DNA of 64,000 nt. It comes from a virus. How positions within the stretch are numbered: the stretch's first letter is position 1; each line of letters begins with the position of its first letter. This document shows, piece after piece, positions 20,079 to 30,080 of the stretch. The notes under the pieces are model-generated. The model was not told where the DNA came from and made no database searches. It saw only the letters and a list, made by a program, of their open reading frames with translations. Made by a program: the position numbers and the translations under genes. The stretch lies in IMG/VR virus record IMGVR_UViG_3300033153_007754, positions 32,001-96,000 of that record. One strand, 5' to 3'.

Positions 20079-21659
20079 TTAAAATGATTCACCCTTTGAA
20101 CCAGTTATATTATCTTGTGATGCAACAATAAAAGTTGGGTTTGATTTATTAACAACAGTTTGGTTACTTGATACTACATTATTTTGCTGTATTTCTTCAA
20201 CTTTTTTTGTTCCCTTTGATGTATCATTTTGTTTTTCAATTACTTTCTTATTATTATTCATTTTATTCATTAATGAATTTTCTTGTGTTTTAGTTTTAAA
20301 TACATCACCAAAATCTGTTTTCCCACGAACTGATATTTGTTCATCAACTTGTGTTCTATCTCTATATACATCTATAGCTTCTTCTCTTGTGTAACCTTCT
20401 TCTTCTAACTCTCTTATACCCTTTCTTTCTTTCGATTGTTCTTGTGTTATTTTAGTTAATTCTTTTAACTTTTCTTCTTCTTGTTCTGATAATTTTTTCT
20501 CAAAACCTTTTGAATAAAATGCACGCCTCATTGTTTCTTCTTTTGTTTGTTGTTTTTGTTCTGTTTTTATTTCTTTTAATTCGTTCAGATATTCATTAAA
20601 AAGTTGTTCAGTCTTTTTTCTATCATCAATATCATATATCTTTTCAGCTCTTTTATATGCTTTATCTATAAATTCTTGATATGCATAATCATTATCTTTA
20701 AACTGTTCAAAGTTTTGTGCTATATTTTTAAATTCTTTTTGGAAAACACTACCAAGTTGGATGTCTTGTTTTATCATATTTTCATCAGTAAATCTCTTAC
20801 TTATTCCAAGTTTTCCAGCAACACCAGAAGCTTCTAATTCAAATTGTGATTTCTTAGCTTTTTCTAATAATTCTTTTTGTTGTGAATCATCAAGTTCACT
20901 TTCCATTGTTAAAAACTTTTTAGCATATCTATCTTGTGTATCAATAAAATTATCATAGTTTTGGTTAATAACTTTACTTGCATTATCATAAATTTCTTTT
21001 TGTTGTGTTAAACCTAACATATTTTTTATCGATTCTGAAAGACCTGTTGTAAACATTTTTAAATACTTAATACCTTCTTTAATTTGTGGTAAAAACATCA
21101 ATGTCATTCCAACCAAAGCATCAAAAAAACCAGAATCATCAACATCTTTTTTTTCAGTTTTTTCAGGTTTACTTTCGTCCATCCGTGCATTTAAATTATC
21201 AATAAACTCTTCAGGATTAAAACTTCCCTGTTTTGCTATCATATCAGTAAAATCATCTTTCATGAAACGAGTGAAATCTTCAAACTTATCATTAGTTGTT
21301 TCTTGTTGTGCAATTAGTTTTTCTTGTGTTTCAATATCAAGCTGCCTGAAATCTGATGTATCACTTTGTAATTTAGCTCTTTCAATCAATTGTTCCTGTA
21401 ATAGTTTACCTTTTTTTAATTCTTCAAATTCTTTGTCCAACATAGTTAAACGGTTATCAATTCCCTTGCTTGTTTCCCTACCTTTTTTTGTTGCATATTT
21501 TTTAAAAAAACCTATTGCATCAGAATCTTTTTCTAGCTGTGATTTCATTTCTGTTATCACATCTAATTTTGCACCAATTTTTAAACCACCCTGTGTGTAT
21601 TCTAGTACCATGTTATTTAATTGTTTTTGTATTTCAAATAAAATATTATCTTCATTCAT
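20079..21659 (-). CDS. coiled-coil protein, putative tape measure/hub (gp29-like)
   Basis: long helical protein with a hydrophobic patch and Asn/Val-rich tail (NNVVSSNQTVVN) among baseplate genes. Confidence 0.45.
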   Translation of the reverse strand: MNEDNILFEIQKQLNNMVLEYTQGGLKIGAKLDVITEMKSQLEKDSDAIGFFKKYATKKGRETSKGIDNRLTMLDKEFEELKKGKLLQEQLIERAKLQSDTSDFRQLDIETQEKLIAQQETTNDKFEDFTRFMKDDFTDMIAKQGSFNPEEFIDNLNARMDESKPEKTEKKDVDDSGFFDALVGMTLMFLPQIKEGIKYLKMFTTGLSESIKNMLGLTQQKEIYDNASKVINQNYDNFIDTQDRYAKKFLTMESELDDSQQKELLEKAKKSQFELEASGVAGKLGISKRFTDENMIKQDIQLGSVFQKEFKNIAQNFEQFKDNDYAYQEFIDKAYKRAEKIYDIDDRKKTEQLFNEYLNELKEIKTEQKQQTKEETMRRAFYSKGFEKKLSEQEEEKLKELTKITQEQSKERKGIRELEEEGYTREEAIDVYRDRTQVDEQISVRGKTDFGDVFKTKTQENSLMNKMNNNKKVIEKQNDTSKGTKKVEEIQQNNVVSSNQTVVNKSNPTFIVASQDNITGSKGESF

Positions 21660-21707
21660 ATTTTTAAAATCCTAAAGTTCTATAATATATTTATTTGAGG
21701 TTTTTTA

Positions 21708-22643
21708 TTAAAATAATGGCTTAAGAGTGTTTTTTGTTCTTTTTTTTATTAGTTCTACATATTCTGAATTTAATTCAATTAATATGGCATTTTTATTTTG
21801 TTGTAATGCAGCAACACCAGTTGTACCACTTCCAGCGAATGGGTCAAGAACTACACCATTTGGTGGACAACTAGCTTGTATTATAGGGTTAATTAACTCT
21901 AATGGATAAACAGCAAAATGAGCATCTTTATATCCTTTAGTGTTTATTTTCCATACATCTCTTTTATTTCTACCTTTAGGGTTTGGTCTAAGATTTCTTT
22001 TTCTACCAAGTGATTGTCCAACACCATCATCCCATTTAGATTCAACGCCATCCATATCATTACCACCCCACCTATTTAATGGTGCGGTATATTGTTCAAG
22101 TTGTTGTTTGAAAAAATATTTTTGTTGTTTTGTAAAAAAGAATATCTTCTCAAAACTACTTGTGTATCTATCTTTCACAGGGGAAGGCATGGCGTTCGGT
22201 TTTTCCCATATAATAGTATTTCTACAAATCCAGCCAGAATCAATCATTGCTATCATAAAACGTTCAGGTATCCCAATAAGAGACTTTCTTTGAACACCCT
22301 TTACTTTGTTGTTTTTAGCAATTTCTTGACCGGTCCGCCCCTTCTTGTTTTTAGGGTCTTTATGGTTTTTTTTATTCCCAGTTCCAGCATATGTATCACC
22401 CAAATTAACATACAAAGAACCTTCAGATTTTAAAACTCTTTTTGTTTCATCAAATATTATAATCAAATTCTTTAGGTAATCTCTAAAATCAGATTCTTGA
22501 CCTATTTGTCCATTAACACCATAATCTCTTAATCCCCAATATGGTGGTGAAGTAACACAAATGTCAACCGAGTTTGTTTTCAATTCCTTCAGTTTTTGTA
22601 GTGCATCCCCATTCATTATTTCACATTTCACTTTCATAATCAA
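21708..22643 (-). CDS. orphan DNA methyltransferase, probably N4-cytosine
   Basis: VTSPPYWGLRDY, HFAVYP and VLDPFAGSGTT motifs. Confidence 0.9.
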   Translation of the reverse strand: MIMKVKCEIMNGDALQKLKELKTNSVDICVTSPPYWGLRDYGVNGQIGQESDFRDYLKNLIIIFDETKRVLKSEGSLYVNLGDTYAGTGNKKNHKDPKNKKGRTGQEIAKNNKVKGVQRKSLIGIPERFMIAMIDSGWICRNTIIWEKPNAMPSPVKDRYTSSFEKIFFFTKQQKYFFKQQLEQYTAPLNRWGGNDMDGVESKWDDGVGQSLGRKRNLRPNPKGRNKRDVWKINTKGYKDAHFAVYPLELINPIIQASCPPNGVVLDPFAGSGTTGVAALQQNKNAILIELNSEYVELIKKRTKNTLKPLF

Positions 22644-22700
22644 TCCTTCAACGATTACCCAATAATAACATACTTTTAGAGATATGCCAACAATAAATAA

Positions 22701-23066
22701 TTATATGTTTTTTAAACGTGTGATAACATCTTGTGGTGTATGACCATCGAACGGATATTTAGCAGTTTCAAAAACAGGTATATTAAATAAATCCCAATCT
22801 TTTAATTCGTAATGATTGGTAATTTGTCCACTTGGTAATATAGCAACAACAATAAACCACCCACCATCAAAACAATCATTTCCATCAAAGTGTTTTTTAC
22901 TTTTGTGAACATCATATTTTCCTAATTTTCCCCATTCATTAAACAATGCTGCATTATATACTTTTCTAAATTCATATAGTTCATTAAAAGTATGATACCC
23001 ATCAGATAGGTTTCCAGCTTCAATTCTTTTATCATTTATTGCTTCTTGCACACATTTTATATTCAT
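22701..23066 (-). CDS. conserved phage protein (WDGH-like)
   Basis: SDGYHTFNELY, GQITNHY and FDGHT motifs. Confidence 0.7.
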   Translation of the reverse strand: MNIKCVQEAINDKRIEAGNLSDGYHTFNELYEFRKVYNAALFNEWGKLGKYDVHKSKKHFDGNDCFDGGWFIVVAILPSGQITNHYELKDWDLFNIPVFETAKYPFDGHTPQDVITRLKNI

Positions 23067-23794
23067 TTTGCTTGTCTCTCCATATTTAAGATTTCACTTG
23101 TTTTAATTATATCAACTTCAAACAAATACATATCATTTATTTCTAACATAGAATAATTAAATTTCTTTAGAATCTGTATGTTTTGATAGTACCATTTTAA
23201 GGAAAAGTAGTGATTTATTAACAGATACAAATCCTTAAATGTCATTAATTCTAAATCTAGTTTTATTTCTTTTTTGCAATAATTACAATTTATTTTTTTA
23301 TCAAATTTCACAAACACATGGTTTTTGATTTCATTTATTTTATTGTCTATTTTATTTTGTATTTTTTTAGCATCCCCTAAACGCATATTGCTTAACACCA
23401 ACCCTTGAATATCACCATTTATATTTTTTATCTTATAATCATCAAAACCAATATCTGTATTTATTTCTGTTACATCTACATCCAAATCAAAATTATTAAT
23501 AGTCTTACATCTTTGGTTGTGACACTCTAAATTAAACTCAATATAATTTTCCATTGCATAAAAAATCAAACTATACATATAATATAATTTATCAATATCA
23601 TTTATTGCATTATTTAATAAGTCTACATCACAAAAATTGTTCGCTACAACCTGAAAATCATTAAAGGTGTTGTTTGTGTCAGGTATATACAAGAAAGCCT
23701 TGAAATCCTTAAAATTAAGCCTTTTAAAGGTGATATCCTTTTGTGATAATGGTAATTTAATTCTTTTAGTGTAAATCATATCTCCAAATAACAA
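23063..23794 (-). CDS. baseplate hub assembly protein (gp26/gp51-like)
   Basis: IKLPLSQKDITFK start, Cys pairs, YSMLEINDMYLFEVD gp51-like tail. Confidence 0.6.
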   Translation of the reverse strand: MLFGDMIYTKRIKLPLSQKDITFKRLNFKDFKAFLYIPDTNNTFNDFQVVANNFCDVDLLNNAINDIDKLYYMYSLIFYAMENYIEFNLECHNQRCKTINNFDLDVDVTEINTDIGFDDYKIKNINGDIQGLVLSNMRLGDAKKIQNKIDNKINEIKNHVFVKFDKKINCNYCKKEIKLDLELMTFKDLYLLINHYFSLKWYYQNIQILKKFNYSMLEINDMYLFEVDIIKTSEILNMERQAK

Positions 23795-24462
23795 TTAAAA
23801 ATTAAACGATAACTAACTTTTGTGTTTTTTATTTCTTTTTTACAATTCATACAAGATTTATTTTTACTAAAATTAAAACCACCTATATCCATACATTTTT
23901 TTAATTTATCTCTAAGAATGTTTACAATCTGATTTCCATTACTTAATTTAATTCCTGTATTAATATATTCTTTAATGGTTTCTAATTCTTCAATTTTAGT
24001 ATTAGTATTTAAATTTTCGATGCTTGAAATCCAATTATATATATTACCAATTTTATCACCTTCAGGGGTTCTTATTTTAATAATGTCATCACCAACAACA
24101 AATGTATAAAAACTATTTTTCTTAAGCTCTGATGGTATATCATAATTAGTTAAAAAATGTGTAGAATAAACCTTATCACCACAATGTGGACATCTTTCAA
24201 AACCAAATAAATTAACACCATCATTACTGAATTTATATAAGTGAAATAATAAGTAATTCCTATCAATAAAATTCCAGTCAAATTCTTCAGGAATATTTAT
24301 TACATGTTTTTTTAAAAAATCATTTATTATTTCACTTTGTTCAATTTCATTTTTTTTAACATCATACATTTTTCTTAATTTTTTATGGTTTTCTAAAGTA
24401 ATATATTTAAGTGTTATTTCAATATTTGTAATTGGTAGTTTTATTTTTTTTAAGTTATTCAT
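23776..24462 (-). CDS. baseplate hub assembly protein (gp26-like)
   Basis: IKLPITN start, DRNYLLFHL, CPHCG and CMNC motifs. Confidence 0.65.
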   Translation of the reverse strand: MNNLKKIKLPITNIEITLKYITLENHKKLRKMYDVKKNEIEQSEIINDFLKKHVINIPEEFDWNFIDRNYLLFHLYKFSNDGVNLFGFERCPHCGDKVYSTHFLTNYDIPSELKKNSFYTFVVGDDIIKIRTPEGDKIGNIYNWISSIENLNTNTKIEELETIKEYINTGIKLSNGNQIVNILRDKLKKCMDIGGFNFSKNKSCMNCKKEIKNTKVSYRLIFNCYLEI

Positions 24463-24477
24463 AATTTCCTTTATGTA

Positions 24478-24491
24478 ATAAATATATTTAT
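24478..24491. promoter_or_regulatory. palindromic bidirectional late promoter
   Basis: ATAAATATATTTAT. Confidence 0.55.
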
Positions 24492-24561
24492 ATTTATTTT
24501 TGAGGGTTTATGAGTGAAATTACAGATACCTTAAACAGGATTCAAGGAATAGTATGAAAAA

Positions 24562-25002
24562 TTAAGGGCTTATTATTCTGAATTTACCTTTAATTATTGA
24601 AACAAACTTATAACTAATATCTATCCCTTGAATCCTTAAAGCTTTACAATAATTCATTGCTGCAACCTTTTTTTCCATTATATTAATATGTTCAATTAAT
24701 TGGTTTGTTTTATTATTTGGTGGTTTTATTAGTTTATTTGCTGGTTTTATTTCCCATAGATATTTTTTACCATTTGTAAATTCCACATAAACATCAACCA
24801 AATATTTACGATTCTTTACTTTAGTACTATCAAAATATGGCAAAATAACACATTCAGAATTCCATTCAACAACAGAATCACTATTATCTAAAAATATAAA
24901 AACATCCCTTTCCCATCCTGAACGATACACAACTTTATGAGGATTTCCTTTATATTTTTTAGGATTTTGTACCTCATACCTACCTTGTTTAAATCTTCCC
25001 AT
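24562..25002 (-). CDS. head completion nuclease (T4 gp4/TnsA-like)
   Basis: QGRY...NPKKYKG...VYRSGWE, W.SE, Y.VD and EIKP motifs. Confidence 0.9.
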   Translation of the reverse strand: MGRFKQGRYEVQNPKKYKGNPHKVVYRSGWERDVFIFLDNSDSVVEWNSECVILPYFDSTKVKNRKYLVDVYVEFTNGKKYLWEIKPANKLIKPPNNKTNQLIEHINIMEKKVAAMNYCKALRIQGIDISYKFVSIIKGKFRIISP

Positions 25003-25284
25003 TTTATATCCCTAATTTTAATATATTTATGTTTTTTTACTATTATCCTTGACAAATTCAATTTATTTTATCATTATATATATAACTTGGTTATTTTTTT
25101 TAGGGGGCTACATGGATATATTAAAATCTTTAATGTTTGTTGGTACGATGTTCATATTAAAATTTTTAATAATCTATATAGTTGTTTTCGGATAACATCT
25201 AAAAAAATAAACCCTTTACAAAATAAAAATATATATATATAATTAATCACGTAATAATGTTGTTGCGTAATTTAAAAAAGGATT

Positions 25285-25929
25285 ATGATGAAAGTAGAAT
25301 TATTAGAATACACACCGCTTTTATTGATAGCCAATGCTATAAGGTATTCAAGAAAAACACATTCCAGAAGTGACACAAAAAATAAAACCTATATCGGAAA
25401 AAAAGACTTAGAATTAATTAGAAAAGTTGCTTTTGGTAGAAACCATAGTAGTGTTCTTGAACACTCTTTATTGACATTTGATGTAGAATGTTCCGCAAAA
25501 TGTTTATTAGAGCTGTCAAGGCATAGAATAGGTGTTTCAATGACGGTTCAATCAAGTAGGTATACACTTAGAAAAGATTTAATTGAGTTTGAAAAGACTG
25601 GTGTCCATGAAATTGATGAAACAATGAGTAATTATATTAATAAAATACTTGAATTATTAGAAGATAAAAAAAATACAATGGATGACATATCTATGATGTT
25701 ACCAGCTTCTTATATTTATAAAATGCAACTTACTTTTAACCTTAGGAGTTTAGTTAATTTTTTAATATTAAGATTGGATAAATCAGCACATAAAAACATT
25801 AGGGATTTAAGTTTTGAGCTGATGGAACAATTGCCAGAAGATTATAAGAATTTATTAAAGAATCATAAAAAAATAAATGAACTTTATGGTTTTAACGAGG
25901 TTTATGGAGTTAAACATGAAAAAAATTAA
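25285..25929 (+). CDS. thyX: FAD-dependent thymidylate synthase
   Basis: HSSVLEH, ELSRHRIGVS..VQSSRY and NLRSL..F..LR...AH motifs. Confidence 0.93.
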   Translation: MMKVELLEYTPLLLIANAIRYSRKTHSRSDTKNKTYIGKKDLELIRKVAFGRNHSSVLEHSLLTFDVECSAKCLLELSRHRIGVSMTVQSSRYTLRKDLIEFEKTGVHEIDETMSNYINKILELLEDKKNTMDDISMMLPASYIYKMQLTFNLRSLVNFLILRLDKSAHKNIRDLSFELMEQLPEDYKNLLKNHKKINELYGFNEVYGVKHEKN

Positions 25930-26305
25930 AAAAAGTATGATAATCATACTAATCACTTCTCTTGTTGTGGCTTTTAGTATAAGCTTGCATAATAGCATCA
26001 ATCTTCTTTCAAAGAATGTGGTGATGGTTGAGTATAAAAAATGTAAAAGTACATTAAAACTCACAAGTGATAGTATAATACATAAAAATGGTTACTATAT
26101 TGATACACCTTTGATTGGTGGTGACCCATTTAAGAAAAAAACTTGTCAATATAAGGTGGTAGACATAAAGGATGCTTATTTAAAATACACCAAAAATTGT
26201 TATAGTGGCAAAAAGAATTTGAATGAAGACTTTATTACTAAGATTGGTAGTGAAAAAATCAATAATTTTAAATCAAAAAAACTTAGATGTTTTACATGGG
26301 AATAG
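25916..26305 (+). CDS. membrane-anchored/secreted hypothetical protein
   Basis: GGAG RBS, hydrophobic N-terminus. Confidence 0.6.
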   Translation: MKKIKKSMIIILITSLVVAFSISLHNSINLLSKNVVMVEYKKCKSTLKLTSDSIIHKNGYYIDTPLIGGDPFKKKTCQYKVVDIKDAYLKYTKNCYSGKKNLNEDFITKIGSEKINNFKSKKLRCFTWE

Positions 26306-26314
26306 GAGTAAATA

Positions 26315-26695
26315 ATGAAATATAATTTACAAAACAATACATTTATAATAATAATAATGCAGGTTATTCTTTACTTTGGTTTTATAAAAGGTGTTTTATT
26401 ATTCCAAACAGTTTTTGTCGGGTTTTATTTAATTGGTGCAATCTCATTTATTTTATTGAAAATATTGAAAGGTGAGGGTTACAAGAATCTTGAAGATGAT
26501 ATTAGTCATTATCTTAAGTTGCCAAAATATCAACAATACATTATTAATATTTCAGAAACATTATCACGATTATTGGTGATTTATGTTTTAATAACACAAC
26601 AACAATACCTAGTTCTTGCATTATATATTGTTAGTGATTTTGGTTCTATATTACTTAAACATAAAATATTATCAAAAATAAGGAGTGAAAAATGA
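26315..26695 (+). CDS. multi-pass membrane protein
   Basis: about 4 hydrophobic segments; paralogue of the next gene. Confidence 0.7.
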   Translation: MKYNLQNNTFIIIIMQVILYFGFIKGVLLFQTVFVGFYLIGAISFILLKILKGEGYKNLEDDISHYLKLPKYQQYIINISETLSRLLVIYVLITQQQYLVLALYIVSDFGSILLKHKILSKIRSEK

Positions 26696-27087
26696 CATAT
26701 AATGTATTATATAATTTAACAATGCTTTTAGTCTTTTATATTGGGTTTGTGGCTGGTAGTGTATTATTTGAAATAGTATTCACAGGTTATTTTATTTTTT
26801 TATTTATTACAATACTAGCTGCAATGTTATTTGGAACTGATAAGGATTATAAAAGTATTTACCGTGATGTTAAGAAAAGAACTCAATTACCATTATATAA
26901 GAAATTGATTATAAATATTGTGTTTATTAGTGTAAATATTTACATGTTTGGTGTTCTATTTTTTAATGGGTATTACTTTCCACTTTTGATTATGATTCTA
27001 ACTTACTTATTGGTTCTTAAGTTACATGAGATAGGTAAAAGGCTTTGTCTTTGTGGTGGTGATGGTGGTGATGATTGTGGTGATTGA
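26692..27087 (+). CDS. multi-pass membrane protein
   Basis: about 4 hydrophobic segments; ATGA overlap with the previous gene. Confidence 0.7.
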   Translation: MTYNVLYNLTMLLVFYIGFVAGSVLFEIVFTGYFIFLFITILAAMLFGTDKDYKSIYRDVKKRTQLPLYKKLIINIVFISVNIYMFGVLFFNGYYFPLLIMILTYLLVLKLHEIGKRLCLCGGDGGDDCGD

Positions 27088-27089
27088 TT

Positions 27090-27392
27090 TTATTTTTTTA
27101 GCAAGGTTTTCATGAAAAGTTTCACCTCCTCCCCATCTGTTGGGTATTTATCTAGTGATTTTTCTACAATAATACGTACAGCATTATAAAATTTTTCATT
27201 ATCAATTCCTTCAATTCCGTATATCTCTTTTCCAGAAAAAGTAAGAATCCTAACACTGCCTTCTGTTATTTGTAAAAAGCAATCTTTACCACTTGGAAGC
27301 GGCAAAGGTTTATAAACAAAGACACTCGATTTAGTGTCTAATCTTTCATTCAACCTTTCAATTATATCTTTTTTTAATAGTGGTTTACTCAT
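27090..27392 (-). CDS. hypothetical early protein
   Basis: GGGAGG RBS; promoter plus hairpin module upstream. Confidence 0.7.
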   Translation of the reverse strand: MSKPLLKKDIIERLNERLDTKSSVFVYKPLPLPSGKDCFLQITEGSVRILTFSGKEIYGIEGIDNEKFYNAVRIIVEKSLDKYPTDGEEVKLFMKTLLKK

Positions 27393-27408
27393 CTTATCCT
27401 CCCAGACT

Positions 27409-27460
27409 ATGGCTTAATTACCATCTATTTAGAGTATACTTATTTTTCTGGATTTGTCAA
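27409..27460 (-). promoter_or_regulatory. early promoter plus conserved ATGGTAATTAAGCCAT hairpin
   Basis: TTGACA-16-TATACT, then the 16-nt motif. Confidence 0.75.
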
Positions 27461-27510
27461 GTGTTTCATTGTTTTTTTTTTAATATTATTTTGATATGTT
27501 TTTATGGGGA

Positions 27511-29817
27511 TTAAGTAATTAATTCCAAGTTCATTGTAATGTTTTTACTAGAATTGTTTTTTATCTTAACGTTTGTGTCATTAACATATATATCAATATT
27601 ATCATTTTTATCTATTAATTTATCATAAGCAATTTCACTAACTATTAATTTTAGTTCTTTGAATACTGGTGTTATATCGACATCAGATGTTTGTAATTGG
27701 ATTTGATAACTAAATCCTTTAATACCTGCTTGTGATTTAACCACATTTAACAAAGATTCTTTTGCTCCTGAAAATGGTGTCTGTGTTCCGGTACCAGTTC
27801 CACCATTAACGATGTTTGTAGTATTTAAATCAGCTGCTATCCCCGCATAATTTGGTACTGTTATTGTTATTTCTGAAACCCCGTTTGTTATTTCAGCATA
27901 GACTTGATTGTTATAGTCTGATGTTTTAGAATTTGCATTAATATTGGCAACTATTTTTTGGGCTGTTAGATTTAAATCTGTATCAAATGTTATATCACCA
28001 CTCATAATTGAATCGCCATCAATTTCTAAATTCCATGTACCTGAACCACCTGTTAATTCATACTTTCCAACAGCATCAATTCCTTTTATATTATCATATA
28101 AAGTTGAATCACAAGCTAATATACCGTCATACGGGGATGGTAAATCAGAAGCCCCATCATTTGCTAAAAATTTAATATCCAATGTTTCACCTGAATCACT
28201 TGCGACCGTTTGTACATCAGTGATTTCATCCCAAGAATCAACTTTTACTAATATGTTTTTTGTTCCAGTACCAGCAGATGTAGAAAATGTTGGTGACAAA
28301 CTTGCTATAATACAGGGAATATCTACTTCTAAAGCAGTACCTGAATCGGCTGTGAAAATATTCTTTACGCCAACACCACTTGCACTTATTCCAGTTGCAT
28401 CAATAACTACTCTCTGTGTCTTATCCACTGTTGCACCATTTGTGCCACCAAAATAAAATAATTCAATATATAATTCACCTGTATTTTCACCCCATGTTTG
28501 TAAAACTGATATATAATGTTGCCGAACTTGTAATTGTTCAGAGTGTAATAAATTATATGTGCTATCATTAACAATATGGTATAAATAATACCAACCATCC
28601 TGGAAGGTTATACTCATATACTTCCGACCATTCCAATCAATTGCAATAGCTTTTGCGCCCATTGTTCCAACTCCACTTGAAACTAAATGCACATCACCGG
28701 CAACATCCATATATCTTATATTTTGGTCTATACTTATTAAATATGAACCATCATCAAATCCGTAAATCCTAGTTAACATATTATAAGTACCAGCCCCCAT
28801 AAAACCGGTAATGAATACCAATTCTTTATTTGGTTTATATTCATAAATAGAATAGTCGGCGTCCTTTAATGTTATAAATATTCTATCATTTATATAGTTT
28901 ATGCTTGTAATTATTCGATTACTCACAAGGGGATTATTGATATATTCAATTAATTTCCCAGTATAAAAATTAAATTCAGCAAATACTGTTCCAAGCGAAT
29001 CATTTCTAGCAATTAGACCAATTCCGGTGTCTTCGTCATAGTCACCGATAATGGTTAGTCGACCCCTAACACTTGCGCTGGTTGCACCTTGTATATAGTA
29101 GCAAATAACACCTCTATCCCCAAATATTTCACCCAAATTATATTGATATAATACACTCCTATTTGTTATGTCGAATAACATTAATTCAGGGAAAGCATTT
29201 GTGATATTTTGTCCTGATACTATCGCAAAACTCGATATCATCATTATTTGTTTTTCGGGTAATTCATAAGCTCCACGATATTGTGCATCGGCCGGCATAT
29301 TATAAGTATTTAGTGGGTTTGTGACTTTAGTCGAATCACTTTCACTCAAAACAGGGTTACTAAAATAAGTTGTGCTACTTGAATTGGGTGTAGCCATAAA
29401 AACTGGTTTGACATTTACAGTATTACACAAGTCATATGTTAAATTCTTTATTGCATTACTTTCAGTTTTTTCTGATGTGAGTTTTTTATTTGCATATGTG
29501 GAATTTGAGAGTGACATATTTGATGCATCTAAAGATATTTCACTCAATGCACTGGTTTTATATGCACTAACTTGTTTTGGTTTTACACCAAGAACATGAG
29601 GGAATTCAATAGCTTGATTTGGTTGAATTGTTAAGTTAGTTAATGTTTCTTGTGTTACCCCTGAAACCCCTGAGACCAAAGAAGTTGGGTTTCCACCTAA
29701 TGTAATTCCATCCCCAATAAAAAGCCTCTTGGTGTCTGTTGTCCAGAATGGACGACCATCTTCTAATAATAGTGTCTGTCTCACTACATCAGTTCCTTTT
29801 TTTAAAATTAAACTCAT
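27511..29817 (-). CDS. tail fibre / receptor-binding protein
   Basis: N-terminal LILKKGT...LEDGRPFWTTDTKRLFIGDG.T.GG (Mtd/hyaluronidase N-terminal-like), then beta-rich body. Confidence 0.7.
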   Translation of the reverse strand: MSLILKKGTDVVRQTLLLEDGRPFWTTDTKRLFIGDGITLGGNPTSLVSGVSGVTQETLTNLTIQPNQAIEFPHVLGVKPKQVSAYKTSALSEISLDASNMSLSNSTYANKKLTSEKTESNAIKNLTYDLCNTVNVKPVFMATPNSSSTTYFSNPVLSESDSTKVTNPLNTYNMPADAQYRGAYELPEKQIMMISSFAIVSGQNITNAFPELMLFDITNRSVLYQYNLGEIFGDRGVICYYIQGATSASVRGRLTIIGDYDEDTGIGLIARNDSLGTVFAEFNFYTGKLIEYINNPLVSNRIITSINYINDRIFITLKDADYSIYEYKPNKELVFITGFMGAGTYNMLTRIYGFDDGSYLISIDQNIRYMDVAGDVHLVSSGVGTMGAKAIAIDWNGRKYMSITFQDGWYYLYHIVNDSTYNLLHSEQLQVRQHYISVLQTWGENTGELYIELFYFGGTNGATVDKTQRVVIDATGISASGVGVKNIFTADSGTALEVDIPCIIASLSPTFSTSAGTGTKNILVKVDSWDEITDVQTVASDSGETLDIKFLANDGASDLPSPYDGILACDSTLYDNIKGIDAVGKYELTGGSGTWNLEIDGDSIMSGDITFDTDLNLTAQKIVANINANSKTSDYNNQVYAEITNGVSEITITVPNYAGIAADLNTTNIVNGGTGTGTQTPFSGAKESLLNVVKSQAGIKGFSYQIQLQTSDVDITPVFKELKLIVSEIAYDKLIDKNDNIDIYVNDTNVKIKNNSSKNITMNLELIT

Positions 29818-29828
29818 TTTTATTACCC

Positions 29829-30071
29829 CTATTTGTTTTTTAATCTATCAACTAATTCAAAAAAACTTGCATTATTAATATCATTTTCTTCTTTAGTTGT
29901 TAACACTGTTTTATATGTTTTCGTTTTTCTAATAATAGTTTTTGTCTTTTTTAATTTTGTTTTAAGTATATCACCTTTTTTTATAGTACTTTGTTTTACA
30001 AATAATTTCAAAATAAATTCCAAAATGAATAATAGACTAACAACACTTAAAATCTTATATAGTTTTTTCAT
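29829..30071 (-). CDS. small membrane-anchored protein
   Basis: N-terminal TM segment followed by a basic region. Confidence 0.55.
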   Translation of the reverse strand: MKKLYKILSVVSLLFILEFILKLFVKQSTIKKGDILKTKLKKTKTIIRKTKTYKTVLTTKEENDINNASFFELVDRLKNK

Positions 30072-30080
30072 TTTAACCCC

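Noticed and set aside
10213-22643. Restriction-modification systems
   Set aside because: No cognate endonuclease is recognisable next to either methyltransferase, so they are treated as orphans.
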